Positions 1-8,764 of a DNA stretch of 64,000 nt are shown piece by piece. Under the pieces are notes generated by a model that was not told where the DNA came from, ran no database searches, and was given only the letters and a program-made list of their open reading frames with translations. Each line of letters opens with the position of its first letter. The first letter of the stretch is position 1. Origin of the DNA: a virus (taxonomy: Duplodnaviria > Caudoviricetes); the IMG/VR virus record IMGVR_UViG_3300032004_000001, positions 1-64,000 of that record, one strand, 5' to 3'. Position numbers and translations under genes: made by a program.

Positions 1-825
1 ACCAACCTGAAGTTCTGCACCGGAGGTGTCGGGGGCTTCTACGAAGGCCTGGGCACGTCGATCGGCGGCAAGATCACCAACGACATCGGCAACACGCTGA
101 AGGTGGTCAACACCGGTGGCAGCGTCGACAACGCCAAGAAACTGAAACAGGGCGACTGCGACATCGCGATCATCCAGTCCGACGCGGTGATCACGCAGCC
201 CATGCCGGCTTCCTTCAAGGCGGTGAACGCCCACGAGGAGGTGGTCTACTGGCTGTACCCGAAGGGCGGCGAGGTGGACGACTTTGGCGATATGGAAGAC
301 GACAGCGTGGCGAAGAAATTCGCTTTCGCAACCGTCAAAGGCTCCGGCGCCAGTGTGACCCTCAACAACTGGATCAAAACCGACAAGGACTACGCAGGCG
401 CCGTGCCGGTGGAGTTCAAGGATTGGTACAGCGCGGCAGAAGCAGTCGCCCAGGGCTTTACCATGGACAGTGGGGTGCGCGTCGACATCGCCGGCATGCT
501 CTATATCGGCCGGGCCGGCATGCTGCCGGCTGACATCACGTCCGACTTCGGTAGCCAGATCATGGTAGGTGAAGTGAACGATGATTCGTTTGCCAACGCC
601 AAGGATGCCAACGGCAATCCGCTGTACACCGAGTGCGGCATCCCCAAGGACAAAACGTCCGGCCTGGGCCGCTCCAACTCCATCAGCGACCAGCAGACGT
701 ACTGCCTGAGAGCCCAGGTGGTCTTCAACAACGCCTACCTCAACGGGCTGGATGAAGCCGAGACCACCACGGTTCGCCGCGCCGTGGACAAGGGCATCAA
801 CAGCACCGTGAAGGTCGTTCGCTGA
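1..825 (+). CDS. TAXI-family (TRAP-type) periplasmic solute-binding-like protein, 5' truncated by window edge
   Basis: Frame is open from base 1: FCTGGVGGFYEGLG...VVNTGGSVDNAKKLKQGDCDIAIIQSDA matches the TAXI TGGxxGxY / TxGSxxN / DxAxxQxD pattern. Confidence 0.7.
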   Translation, partial: TNLKFCTGGVGGFYEGLGTSIGGKITNDIGNTLKVVNTGGSVDNAKKLKQGDCDIAIIQSDAVITQPMPASFKAVNAHEEVVYWLYPKGGEVDDFGDMEDDSVAKKFAFATVKGSGASVTLNNWIKTDKDYAGAVPVEFKDWYSAAEAVAQGFTMDSGVRVDIAGMLYIGRAGMLPADITSDFGSQIMVGEVNDDSFANAKDANGNPLYTECGIPKDKTSGLGRSNSISDQQTYCLRAQVVFNNAYLNGLDEAETTTVRRAVDKGINSTVKVVR

Positions 826-962
826 TGGTCCGGGCAGCCAAGCTGTGCGCTGCCTTGTTCATCGCCATGGGAATCATCCTCATAGCGCTAAAAGCCGCCC
901 AGGTGATCATGGTCATCACAGCGGTGGTGATCATCGCCGGCCTGATCTTCTGGCTGGCTTGA
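825..962 (+). CDS. 45-aa hydrophobic membrane peptide (2 predicted TM)
   Basis: TGATG overlap with upstream stop; MVRAAKLCAALFIAMGIILIALKAAQVIMVITAVVIIAGLIFWLA; not in ORF track (too short). Confidence 0.65.
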   Translation: MVRAAKLCAALFIAMGIILIALKAAQVIMVITAVVIIAGLIFWLA

Positions 963-975
963 CCAGGTAATTGAA

Positions 976-1004
976 GGCAGGGCTTTGGAATCCAGAGCCC
1001 TGTC
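976..1004 (+). other. Intergenic long stem-loop without U-tract (possible processing or operator site)
   Basis: GGCAGGGCTTTGG-AAT-CCAGAGCCCTGTC. Confidence 0.5.
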
Positions 1005-1041
1005 ACTTGAGTTCCCTGAAACCGTAAAACTGGAGCATCAC

Positions 1042-1728
1042 ATGAAAACTGCAAAACAGCGGCTGGCCCATTACCGGGCACAGGCCCAATCCTACGTGGC
1101 TCGCCATCCGGATCACCTCCACTACACCCAGTGGCAGCACTGGATGACTCGCACCACCAAGGCGCCGTCGACCATCTGCCGCGACACCAAGGATCCAAAG
1201 ATCCTCTACGTCGAAAGCCTGCAAGACCTGGGCTGGAGGGAAGTGGGCGAGGCCCAGGACGTGGACACGTCTATCCGGCACAACGGCTGGTACGCCGACA
1301 ACTTCCAGGCTGACACCATCAAGGGCGCGGTCCTGCAGCTCCCGGCGCGAAACGGCGAGGAGCTGTACGTGCCGGCCACTTTCCACAGCGACTACGAGAC
1401 CGCCACGGTCTACCTGGCGGACATTGGTCCGGACAAGAATCAGGCAGCCCGGGATGCTGACTGGCACGCTGAAAAGGAAGCGGAACGCAACCGCGAGTTC
1501 GACGCCAAGGACCAGGCCGAGCGGAAAATCGACGAGGCTCGCGAAGAGATTCACCGGATAAACAAGGAAGCCCTGGAGCTGATCAAAGAGATCAAGGGCC
1601 AGTCGTTCACGCCGGCTGTGTGCTCGGCGCTGAAGGGCGCCGTACAGGAGCAGCTGCGCGATCGGCGCCAGCAGTTCAAGACGATTGCCAAACTGCAGGA
1701 CGATTTTTGGTCGGCGGTGCCGCAATGA
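1042..1728 (+). CDS. Hypothetical early protein with C-terminal coiled coil
   Basis: GGAG RBS upstream of ATG 1042; ATGA coupling to next gene. Confidence 0.8.
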   Translation: MKTAKQRLAHYRAQAQSYVARHPDHLHYTQWQHWMTRTTKAPSTICRDTKDPKILYVESLQDLGWREVGEAQDVDTSIRHNGWYADNFQADTIKGAVLQLPARNGEELYVPATFHSDYETATVYLADIGPDKNQAARDADWHAEKEAERNREFDAKDQAERKIDEAREEIHRINKEALELIKEIKGQSFTPAVCSALKGAVQEQLRDRRQQFKTIAKLQDDFWSAVPQ

Positions 1729-2015
1729 ACAAGAAAGTCGATCTGCAGGACCTGCCCCTATTCACCTCTGAACCCCGCCCAGCCTATGTAGGAGCGCACC
1801 GCACCGTGAGCAAACAAGCCAAGCAACTGGCCAACGCCGAGCGCGTGGCCGACGAAGCCATCTGCACCCTGTCGCGACTCAGCGACATGTTCGCCATCCA
1901 CCTGGGCGCTATAGAGGCGACCTATCCGGAGTCCTTCACCAATGAGCGAGACCTGCTGGTGAAGATTGACGAAGAGGTCAAGAGGCTGCGCGCCGAGCTC
2001 GAGGGCACGCCATGA
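1725..2015 (+). CDS. Hypothetical protein
   Basis: ATGA overlaps at both ends. Confidence 0.75.
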   Translation: MNKKVDLQDLPLFTSEPRPAYVGAHRTVSKQAKQLANAERVADEAICTLSRLSDMFAIHLGAIEATYPESFTNERDLLVKIDEEVKRLRAELEGTP

Positions 2016-2242
2016 AATACAAGCAGCACCGTGTGATGGGCAAGGAAGCCGACGGCACCTGGGTTGAGCTGTACCAAGGTGACCGCGGCGAATGTCGCAC
2101 GTTCATCAGGGCCATGGCCACGGGTGAACGTAAACTCAAAACGCCGATTGTGACTCGACGGAGCGTGCAGCAATGGCTAGACCAGATCACACCCCATGGG
2201 TGCCAGGATACATCGTCCTCACCAATGACGACCTGCGCTTGA
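2012..2242 (+). CDS. Hypothetical protein
   Basis: ATGA coupling. Confidence 0.7.
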   Translation: MKYKQHRVMGKEADGTWVELYQGDRGECRTFIRAMATGERKLKTPIVTRRSVQQWLDQITPHGCQDTSSSPMTTCA

Positions 2243-2367
2243 AGAACCCCTACAACGGCCTGCGCCTTGATTCACGCAGGATGATGGAAATACTCGCCGC
2301 CCTGGGCAGCGTCTGCTACCTGGCGGACTCGTGCATCGAAGCGGTTAAACGGCAAAGCAGAACATAG
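2173..2367 (+). CDS. Hypothetical protein (overlaps previous gene by 70 nt)
   Basis: GGAG upstream; fills the gap before 2379. Confidence 0.45.
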   Translation: MARPDHTPWVPGYIVLTNDDLRLKNPYNGLRLDSRRMMEILAALGSVCYLADSCIEAVKRQSRT

Positions 2368-2378
2368 GAGACACCCTT

Positions 2379-2699
2379 ATGCCGAACAAACAATTGTCTG
2401 ACGGCACCACCGTCAAAACCAACCTGCAGCCCCGATTTCTCGTGAACTGGTACGAACTGACCGACGCAGAGAAGGCTGAACTGGACTACGTCGACACCGA
2501 CGACAAACAAGCCGACTTCACCGGGTTCCGCTACAAGGGCCAGGCGTGGAACTGCGCTGAGTTCCTGCGCACCCAGGAGGACGGCGAGCTGGCCAAGGCC
2601 GGATGGCACGGACTGTCAGGCCAGTCAGCGTTTCACGCGGTGGTTATCCACCTGGTGGGGGATGGTGACCGAGTAGTGGTCGGGGAGGTGTTCTCGTGA
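2379..2699 (+). CDS. Hypothetical phage early protein
   Basis: AGGAG RBS; GTGA coupling to next gene. Confidence 0.8.
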   Translation: MPNKQLSDGTTVKTNLQPRFLVNWYELTDAEKAELDYVDTDDKQADFTGFRYKGQAWNCAEFLRTQEDGELAKAGWHGLSGQSAFHAVVIHLVGDGDRVVVGEVFS

Positions 2700-2986
2700 G
2701 CATCATCGACAAGATTGAATTCAGCGTCTGCGAGGACTGCCTGATCACGGTGGCCAACGGCTTCAACGACAATACCAGCGTGGCGGAGGACGAGCACGTT
2801 AAGAAGCGAATGAAGTTCGAGATGGAGGGCCGCAAGGGCCACTGGGTGACAGGAGTTGAACCTACCGAAAATGACGAGGAAGGCCGCGGCTACAACGAGT
2901 TCAGTCGCGACACTTGCGAGCTGTGCCTGGACTTCCGTGCGGGCAGCAGGCACGGCGTAACCCTCTTGATTGAAGGAGAGGACTGA
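2696..2986 (+). CDS. Hypothetical protein, probable Zn-binding (CEDC...CELC)
   Basis: Two CxxC pairs; coupled stop/start. Confidence 0.75.
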   Translation: MSIIDKIEFSVCEDCLITVANGFNDNTSVAEDEHVKKRMKFEMEGRKGHWVTGVEPTENDEEGRGYNEFSRDTCELCLDFRAGSRHGVTLLIEGED

Positions 2987-3177
2987 TGGAAACCAAGGAC
3001 TCCTTCCACACCTTCGGCTACAAGGGCGGGTTCATCCACACCTGCTGTAACCGGGACACGGGTAAGACCGAGGTCAAGGTCCAGCTGTGGGAAGGCGACA
3101 AATGCCGCCCGGCCAACACTGTGATCGGGGCCAAGTGCCTCATCACCCGAAACAACCTGAAGCGAGGTAAACCATGA
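2986..3177 (+). CDS. Hypothetical protein
   Basis: TGATG coupling, GGAGAGG RBS. Confidence 0.7.
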   Translation: METKDSFHTFGYKGGFIHTCCNRDTGKTEVKVQLWEGDKCRPANTVIGAKCLITRNNLKRGKP

Positions 3178-3518
3178 CGGTCATCAGCCGCGTCCCGAAA
3201 GCCCAGTTCCGTGAGTACAGCCCGTTCAGCCTGGACGGGCGAATCAAGGCCAAGGCGCTGCCCCACGAGATATTGCCAGGCACCCAGCCGAGGGAGATCA
3301 CCAACGCCACCGCGCGCCGGATCATCGACGAGGTCAACCACCACGGGCTGTCGATCCACTCCTCGGCCGGCTCCACCATCTGGATCCTGATCGCCTGGTG
3401 CCGGGAGCAGAAGAAACCCTTCCAGGTGTGGAAAGCCACCCAAGGTGGTCGGTTCTGTTTCCACCTGGACAAGATCAACCCCGCGATATCCCTCGAGGGA
3501 ATGGAGCAAGTCCTGTGA
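3174..3518 (+). CDS. Hypothetical protein
   Basis: GAGG RBS, ATGA overlap. Confidence 0.75.
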   Translation: MTVISRVPKAQFREYSPFSLDGRIKAKALPHEILPGTQPREITNATARRIIDEVNHHGLSIHSSAGSTIWILIAWCREQKKPFQVWKATQGGRFCFHLDKINPAISLEGMEQVL

Positions 3519-3781
3519 GCAAATCCCAACTCGACATGATCAAGGTCAGCTGCAGCCCGCTGTCCAACAACATCCAGCTGTACCGCATGGGCAAGCGCTC
3601 GACGGACTCGGCGCTGGAAACCAAGGACGTGACCAACGAAGTAATGATCGCGGTCATCGACCACCTCATGGCCACGCCAGGTAACAGCCGGTCCTTCAAC
3701 GCCACGATCGCTGGAGGCAAGCGAGTAAAATACACACTTTCTGTTGTGGAAGAAGAACTTACGGAAAATCCAGAGGAGTGA
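3515..3781 (+). CDS. Hypothetical protein
   Basis: GTGA overlap, GGAG RBS. Confidence 0.7.
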   Translation: MSKSQLDMIKVSCSPLSNNIQLYRMGKRSTDSALETKDVTNEVMIAVIDHLMATPGNSRSFNATIAGGKRVKYTLSVVEEELTENPEE

Positions 3782-3783
3782 TT

Positions 3784-3951
3784 ATGCGCTATTTCGTAGA
3801 TCCTACCCGGCGCCTGGTGCGCACGGTGGACGGCGAGGAGACGTTCCGCTATCCGTGGCGGGAAGTGCCCAGCCAAGAGTACGACGCCTTCCGCAAGGAG
3901 ACGGCGAAGATGAACCCGAAGGTGTTGAAGGAATTGAGGGCTGCCAAATGA
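3784..3951 (+). CDS. 55-aa hypothetical protein (MRYFVDPTRR...)
   Basis: GAGGAG RBS; fills the gap; ATGA overlap downstream; not in ORF track. Confidence 0.65.
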   Translation: MRYFVDPTRRLVRTVDGEETFRYPWREVPSQEYDAFRKETAKMNPKVLKELRAAK

Positions 3952-4130
3952 TCAACGAACTGGATGCCCAGTGCAGCGAATGCGGAGGAGCCTTGCGGGC
4001 AGAGATTGAGTCCGCTGCCCATGACAACAGCCTCCTGGATATCACGGTGCACTGCTGTGAATGTGAGCGGGTGTTGAACAGCTTCACCGCCTTGAACGAT
4101 ATGACCGTGCTGGGAGAGGGCGATGACTGA
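3948..4130 (+). CDS. Small Zn-ribbon protein (CSEC...CCEC)
   Basis: Two CxxC pairs; GAGG RBS. Confidence 0.7.
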   Translation: MINELDAQCSECGGALRAEIESAAHDNSLLDITVHCCECERVLNSFTALNDMTVLGEGDD

Positions 4131-4320
4131 ACCCGCAAGATCGCTTGCCCGGGTCGACAAGGTCGCCCAAAACCTTCGCCGCGCAGCGCGCGACAACGGC
4201 CAGAAGCTTGACTTCAAGAAGTCCCTGGAACAGGCCGCAGTCATCTGCGGCTTCCCCACCTACAACCACGCAGTGATCGCGCTGCCCGATAAAGACCCGA
4301 CCCCCGTACCTCGGAGCTGA
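4123..4320 (+). CDS. Small helical protein resembling the 'glyoxalase superfamily' (Glyoxalase_8-like) N-terminal domain
   Basis: AQNLRRAA...LEQAAVICGFPTYN resembles the AxxLr...LexxAxxxGfxxWn pattern. Confidence 0.45.
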   Translation: MTEPARSLARVDKVAQNLRRAARDNGQKLDFKKSLEQAAVICGFPTYNHAVIALPDKDPTPVPRS

Positions 4321-4321
4321 C

Positions 4322-4675
4322 ATGAACGCAACCCTCGCCTACCCCAAATCCAAACTGCCGGCCGCGCTGACCATGCGAGAGTGCCGCCACGGCGCCCCCA
4401 TCGGCCAGCGCAACACGCTGGAAGCCCCGCCAGACTTCGACGGGACGCTGCACCTGACCCTGCTGAAGATGTCTCCGTGCGGGGCCTACTGTGCCCTCAG
4501 CGGGACGTACTGGGGCAGCGCAACGGCACGAACCGGCTGGATGTACAGGGCCTGGTATTACGCCGAGGTGGACGATGAAGTCGTGCACATCGAAATGTTC
4601 GTCCGCGGCATCACCCGGCGCCACGCCAGGCTGGCCGTACTGGAAAAATTCCCCAAGGCGAGGTTCTACAAATGA
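4322..4675 (+). CDS. Hypothetical protein
   Basis: GGAG RBS, coupled. Confidence 0.7.
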   Translation: MNATLAYPKSKLPAALTMRECRHGAPIGQRNTLEAPPDFDGTLHLTLLKMSPCGAYCALSGTYWGSATARTGWMYRAWYYAEVDDEVVHIEMFVRGITRRHARLAVLEKFPKARFYK

Positions 4676-4983
4676 CCCGTGAACAAAAGCTCGAGGAAGT
4701 CCGCCTGATGGTGGTGCAGCTAATCGACTCTTCGACCAAAGCTCAGCTGGCCAACCTGGAAAGGCTGATCGAGGAGCAGCCCGCGCTGCTGGACGAACTG
4801 CGCAACCAGCGCGAGATGGGTGACTGGGCGTTGCCGAAGGTGATCGCGTCAGCGCTTCACATCAAGGAAGCCTGGAGCTGGGGCCCGCCTGGTGCGCGCA
4901 TACAGCTCAGCCTGTCCCACTCCGCCGGCTGTGCATCGAAAGCCGGACGCAAAGCGATCGAGACGCTGAGGAGGCTCCTGTGA
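4672..4983 (+). CDS. Hypothetical protein
   Basis: ATGA coupling. Confidence 0.7.
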   Translation: MTREQKLEEVRLMVVQLIDSSTKAQLANLERLIEEQPALLDELRNQREMGDWALPKVIASALHIKEAWSWGPPGARIQLSLSHSAGCASKAGRKAIETLRRLL

Positions 4984-5189
4984 AAATTGAACGAGCACTG
5001 CAGTTGGAGAAGGGTGACGTCGTAGTCTGCCCGCCGGACCGAGGCGACCCGCAGTTCAGGGGCAAGGTGACCCACTGCTGCAAGGCCACCAAGAACATCT
5101 CCAAAACCATGCAGGGTGAGGAGTTCATTTGGGTAGAGGTCCAGGGCCCTTCACATAAATCAATGTGGCCGTCGAATCGGCTGGGGTGA
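4980..5189 (+). CDS. Hypothetical protein (SH3/KOW-like beta pattern)
   Basis: GAGGAGG RBS, GTGA coupling. Confidence 0.7.
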   Translation: MKIERALQLEKGDVVVCPPDRGDPQFRGKVTHCCKATKNISKTMQGEEFIWVEVQGPSHKSMWPSNRLG

Positions 5190-5192
5190 GTC

Positions 5193-5393
5193 ATGAAACT
5201 GCGAATAGAAGTAAACCTGAACACTGATAACAGTGCGTTCGACGAGGACCCTGCCGCAGAGGTGGCCAGGATCCTGCGTGGGATGACTGATCGCATCGAA
5301 CAACAGCACTACACCGGAGGCACCAACCTCCTGTTCGACATCAACGGTAACGCCTGCGGGTACTTCCAGGTGACCGAGCGCGACGACGAATAA
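5193..5393 (+). CDS. Hypothetical phage protein (NSAF...EVARIL...DINGN)
   Basis: GGGGTGAG RBS. Confidence 0.75.
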   Translation: MKLRIEVNLNTDNSAFDEDPAAEVARILRGMTDRIEQQHYTGGTNLLFDINGNACGYFQVTERDDE

Positions 5394-5418
5394 ACCCTAG
5401 CAATTCAACCCAAAACCA

Positions 5419-5448
5419 CAGATACTTCGCCAGTTGGCGAGGAATCTG
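5419..5448 (+). promoter_or_regulatory. Hairpin containing putative operator CGCCAGTTGGCG (5428-5439), downstream of a weak sigma70-like TAGCAA-17-GATACT
   Basis: CAGATACTTCGCC-AGTT-GGCGAGGAATCTG; same 12-mer family at 21889, 31324, 35422, 57305. Confidence 0.55.
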
Positions 5449-5473
5449 CGTGCCTGAAACAACGAGGTGAAGC

Positions 5474-5824
5474 ATGATCCTTGACCAGAACAAGCCCGAC
5501 GACAGCGACAAAGTATGTTTAATCGGCGCCATGATGGTGGCAAACGACCTTGCGTCCCGGTTACCGGAGGGCGAGGTAAGCCGAATACAGGTAGCAGATG
5601 TAGGCGACTTCTATACAGCGGCTCTCCGGGCGCTGAACGCCGTGGCGATCCTGCACCGTGAAAGCCCGGACGAGTTCGATGGCGTTGTCTGGTACGAAAG
5701 GCTGGTAGACGCCAGCGAAGGGTCGCTCGCTGACCGACTGGTGGAAATGCTGATTTCCGATTTGCCCACAAAAGAAGCCGTCCGGAAAGTTGTAGTCGGC
5801 TGGTTGACGGACTCAGGTCTTTAA
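5474..5824 (+). CDS. Hypothetical protein
   Basis: GAGGTG RBS. Confidence 0.75.
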   Translation: MILDQNKPDDSDKVCLIGAMMVANDLASRLPEGEVSRIQVADVGDFYTAALRALNAVAILHRESPDEFDGVVWYERLVDASEGSLADRLVEMLISDLPTKEAVRKVVVGWLTDSGL

Positions 5825-5841
5825 CACGACAAGGAAGCCCA

Positions 5842-8079
5842 TTGGCTCCTAAGGATTTTTTGATGCGGGACATCAACTCATACCCGGTGCCCGCCGGGTA
5901 TCGCTGGATCGGAGGATTGGTCGTCGATAACTTTGCCGGGGGCGGCGGCGCCTCCACCGGTATCGCCCAAGCCAACGGCTTCTCCCCTGACATCGCCGTG
6001 AATCACAACGCAGAAGCGCTGATGATGCACGAGAAGAACCACCCCACCACCAAGCATTTCAACGAGTCGGTGTGGGAAATCAACATCCGGAAGGCCACCG
6101 GCCGCAGGTCAGCCCTTATGGGCTGGTTCAGCCCTGACTGCACGCACTTCTCCGTCGCCAAAGGCGGCAAGCCAGTGAAGAAGGCCATTCGAGGCCTGGC
6201 CTGGATCGTGAAGAAGTGGGTCGGCCAGTCCGACATGGCCATGGTGTTCATGGAGAACGTCAAGGAATTCACCAGCTGGGGCCCGCTGATCGCTAAGCGC
6301 TGCAAGGCGACCAAGCGGGTGATCAAGTTGGTACCGGACGAAAAGAAAAAGGACAAGGCAGGCAACCCCGTCATGAACGAGGTGGTCAGCGAGCCAGGCG
6401 AGCAGGTCCCGTACTGGGAGCAGGCCCTGGTTCCGGACAAGAAGCGCGCGGGCAAGACGTTCAAGCAGTTCGTCAAGCAGCTGCGAGCCGCCGGCTACGT
6501 CGTGGAGTGGCGCGAGAAGGGCCTCAACGCCTGCGACTATGGCGACCCTACCACCCGCAATCGATTCTTCCTGATGGCCCGCAAGGACGGGCTGCCGATC
6601 ATCTGGCCGGAGCCTACGCACGCTGACAAGAAGTTCCTCAAGGCCAACCCGGGCAAGCTGCAGCCGTGGAAGACGGCGGGCGAGAACCTGGACTGGTCGC
6701 TGCAGTGCCGGTCGATCTTCGACCCGGACCGCAAGCCGCTGGCCGAGAAGACCATGGCCCGGATCTTCAAGGGCATCCAGAAGTTCGTGATCGGCGCCGG
6801 GGACGATGCGTTCCTGGTCAAAACCAATCATGCCTACGACCAGTTCCGCGGGCAGAGCCTGGACGAACCGCTGCAGACCATCACCAGCAAGCTGGGCACG
6901 GGAGTAGCCGCGGTGGCGCTGACCAAGTTCAACGAGAACAGCGTGGGCCAGGCAGCCGATCAGCCGATCGACACCATCATGGCCGGCGCAACGCGGTTCG
7001 GCGCCGTGGCAGCCCACCTGATCCCCACCGGGTACGGTGAGCGTGAAGGTCAGCAGCCACGAACGCATGATCTGGATCAGCCGATACCCACCCTGGTGGG
7101 CACCAACAAGTTCGCCGTGATCGAAGCACAGCTGCAGTCCGCTGCCGCCGTGATGAAGTTCCGGGGCGACTCGGCGGGCACCAGCTGCAACGACCCACTG
7201 CCGACCATCACGGCCGGCGGAGGTGCCGCGCGGCCGGCAGGGGCAGCTCATGCGATGGGGGTTCTGGAGACGACCCTCGCGCCCATCCAGGCGGGCTGCA
7301 TCGCCACCATCGACCACCAGAGCACCGGTGACACCTCACAATCCTGGGAGGAGCCGCTCACCACCGTGACCAGCAAGGCCCGCCACATCCAGGTTGCAGC
7401 GCTTCTCAAGCACTACACCGGGGTCACCGGCCAGACACTGGACAAGCCGCTGCCGACCATCACTGCCACGGATCACAACGCGGTGATGGAAGCCACGCTG
7501 CAGGAGCTGGACGACTCCATTGGGGTGGCGCACATCCAGCGCGACTTTGGCAACAGTGTGGGCCACTCAGCCGATGAGCCGCTGGGCGCAATCACTGCAG
7601 GCGGAGGGGGCAAGTCAGCCCTGATCGCCAGCAACCTGGTGAAACTCAAAGGCACCTGCCAGCACGGCCAGGCATTGGATCGCCCACTGGACACCATCGG
7701 TGCCCAGGGCAATCACTTCGCCAACGTGCAGGCCTTCTTGATCAAATACTACGGCACTGGCGGCGCGGTCAGCCTCGAGGAACCGTTGGACGCCATCACC
7801 AGCAAGGCGCGGTTCGGCCTGGTCACCATCAAGGGCCAGGACTACCAGATCGTCGACATCGGCATGCGAATGCTGGAGCCGCACGAGCTGTACCGCTGCC
7901 AGGGGTTCCCGGCGGACTACATCCACGAGTTTATCAACCCAGCAACTGGAAAACCTCTACCCAAGCATGCCCAGGTGCGCATGGTTGGCAACTCAGTGCC
8001 GCCGGGCCTGGCCCGGGCACTGGTTCAAGCAAACATCCCGCGCTGGGCGCTCCAGCGTGAAATGCAGGAGAGTGCGTGA
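5842..8079 (+). CDS. DNA (cytosine-5) methyltransferase with an expanded, repetitive target-recognition region
   Basis: Motif I DNFAGGGG, IV SPDCTHFS, VI ENV, VIII TRNRFF, IX RMLEPHELYRCQGFP, X VGNSVPP; start may be TTG 5842 or ATG 5863. Confidence 0.92.
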   Translation: MAPKDFLMRDINSYPVPAGYRWIGGLVVDNFAGGGGASTGIAQANGFSPDIAVNHNAEALMMHEKNHPTTKHFNESVWEINIRKATGRRSALMGWFSPDCTHFSVAKGGKPVKKAIRGLAWIVKKWVGQSDMAMVFMENVKEFTSWGPLIAKRCKATKRVIKLVPDEKKKDKAGNPVMNEVVSEPGEQVPYWEQALVPDKKRAGKTFKQFVKQLRAAGYVVEWREKGLNACDYGDPTTRNRFFLMARKDGLPIIWPEPTHADKKFLKANPGKLQPWKTAGENLDWSLQCRSIFDPDRKPLAEKTMARIFKGIQKFVIGAGDDAFLVKTNHAYDQFRGQSLDEPLQTITSKLGTGVAAVALTKFNENSVGQAADQPIDTIMAGATRFGAVAAHLIPTGYGEREGQQPRTHDLDQPIPTLVGTNKFAVIEAQLQSAAAVMKFRGDSAGTSCNDPLPTITAGGGAARPAGAAHAMGVLETTLAPIQAGCIATIDHQSTGDTSQSWEEPLTTVTSKARHIQVAALLKHYTGVTGQTLDKPLPTITATDHNAVMEATLQELDDSIGVAHIQRDFGNSVGHSADEPLGAITAGGGGKSALIASNLVKLKGTCQHGQALDRPLDTIGAQGNHFANVQAFLIKYYGTGGAVSLEEPLDAITSKARFGLVTIKGQDYQIVDIGMRMLEPHELYRCQGFPADYIHEFINPATGKPLPKHAQVRMVGNSVPPGLARALVQANIPRWALQREMQESA

Positions 8080-8342
8080 TGGCGGATTTTTGTAAGCAAT
8101 GCAGCATTGACGTCTTTGGCAAGGACTTCGGTGAGTTGGCCGGCCAGACAACCCAGGAGAACTGGGACAAGGGGCTGGCGGCCTCCGACATCTGTGAGGG
8201 CTGCGGCCCTATCCAGGTGGATCCTGAGGGCAACTGCGTGAGCAACTGCTGCCTGGGCGATATGCCAGGCCACAACCTGCCCTGGAAGGCTGTCGCCGAG
8301 CCCGTCTGCAAGCCGGAGGGTGACGCATGCGATTCCTTGTAA
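8076..8342 (+). CDS. Cys-rich hypothetical protein (probable Zn finger)
   Basis: CKQC, CEGC, C..CC; AGGAG RBS. Confidence 0.75.
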   Translation: MMADFCKQCSIDVFGKDFGELAGQTTQENWDKGLAASDICEGCGPIQVDPEGNCVSNCCLGDMPGHNLPWKAVAEPVCKPEGDACDSL

Positions 8343-8764
8343 CCGCCGAGTTCACCAGCGGCGAACAGCCCCCCTTGGAGATGCGCTTCGATACCGAGGA
8401 GGAAGCCAGAAAGCACGCTGACTGGCTGTTCAACGCCTCGGGCTACCACAGCGTGGAGATCCAGGAGCAGATGGGCGTGCAGCTGACTTACACAGGGGGC
8501 CGAAAGGTCTTCGAGAGCGCGCCAAACATCGCCGAGGCCTGCAATGTGGCGGCCAGCTGGAACGCAGTGGCCGCTAACCACAAAGTGAACCGCACCCCGG
8601 TGCGCAAGGCCGAGGTAGTAGGCATTCGCTACATCACCTCGGTGGCTACGCCGGAGGACGTTGCCCTCGGCGCCTGGCACGCGGCGGCGCTGGAAGACCC
8701 CAAGGTCTGTCCCAGCATGAAGTACGACATCAACCGTTGGATGGACAGTAAGGAATGGCCATGA
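8327..8764 (+). CDS. Hypothetical protein
   Basis: GGAGG RBS. Confidence 0.7.
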   Translation: MRFLVTAEFTSGEQPPLEMRFDTEEEARKHADWLFNASGYHSVEIQEQMGVQLTYTGGRKVFESAPNIAEACNVAASWNAVAANHKVNRTPVRKAEVVGIRYITSVATPEDVALGAWHAAALEDPKVCPSMKYDINRWMDSKEWP

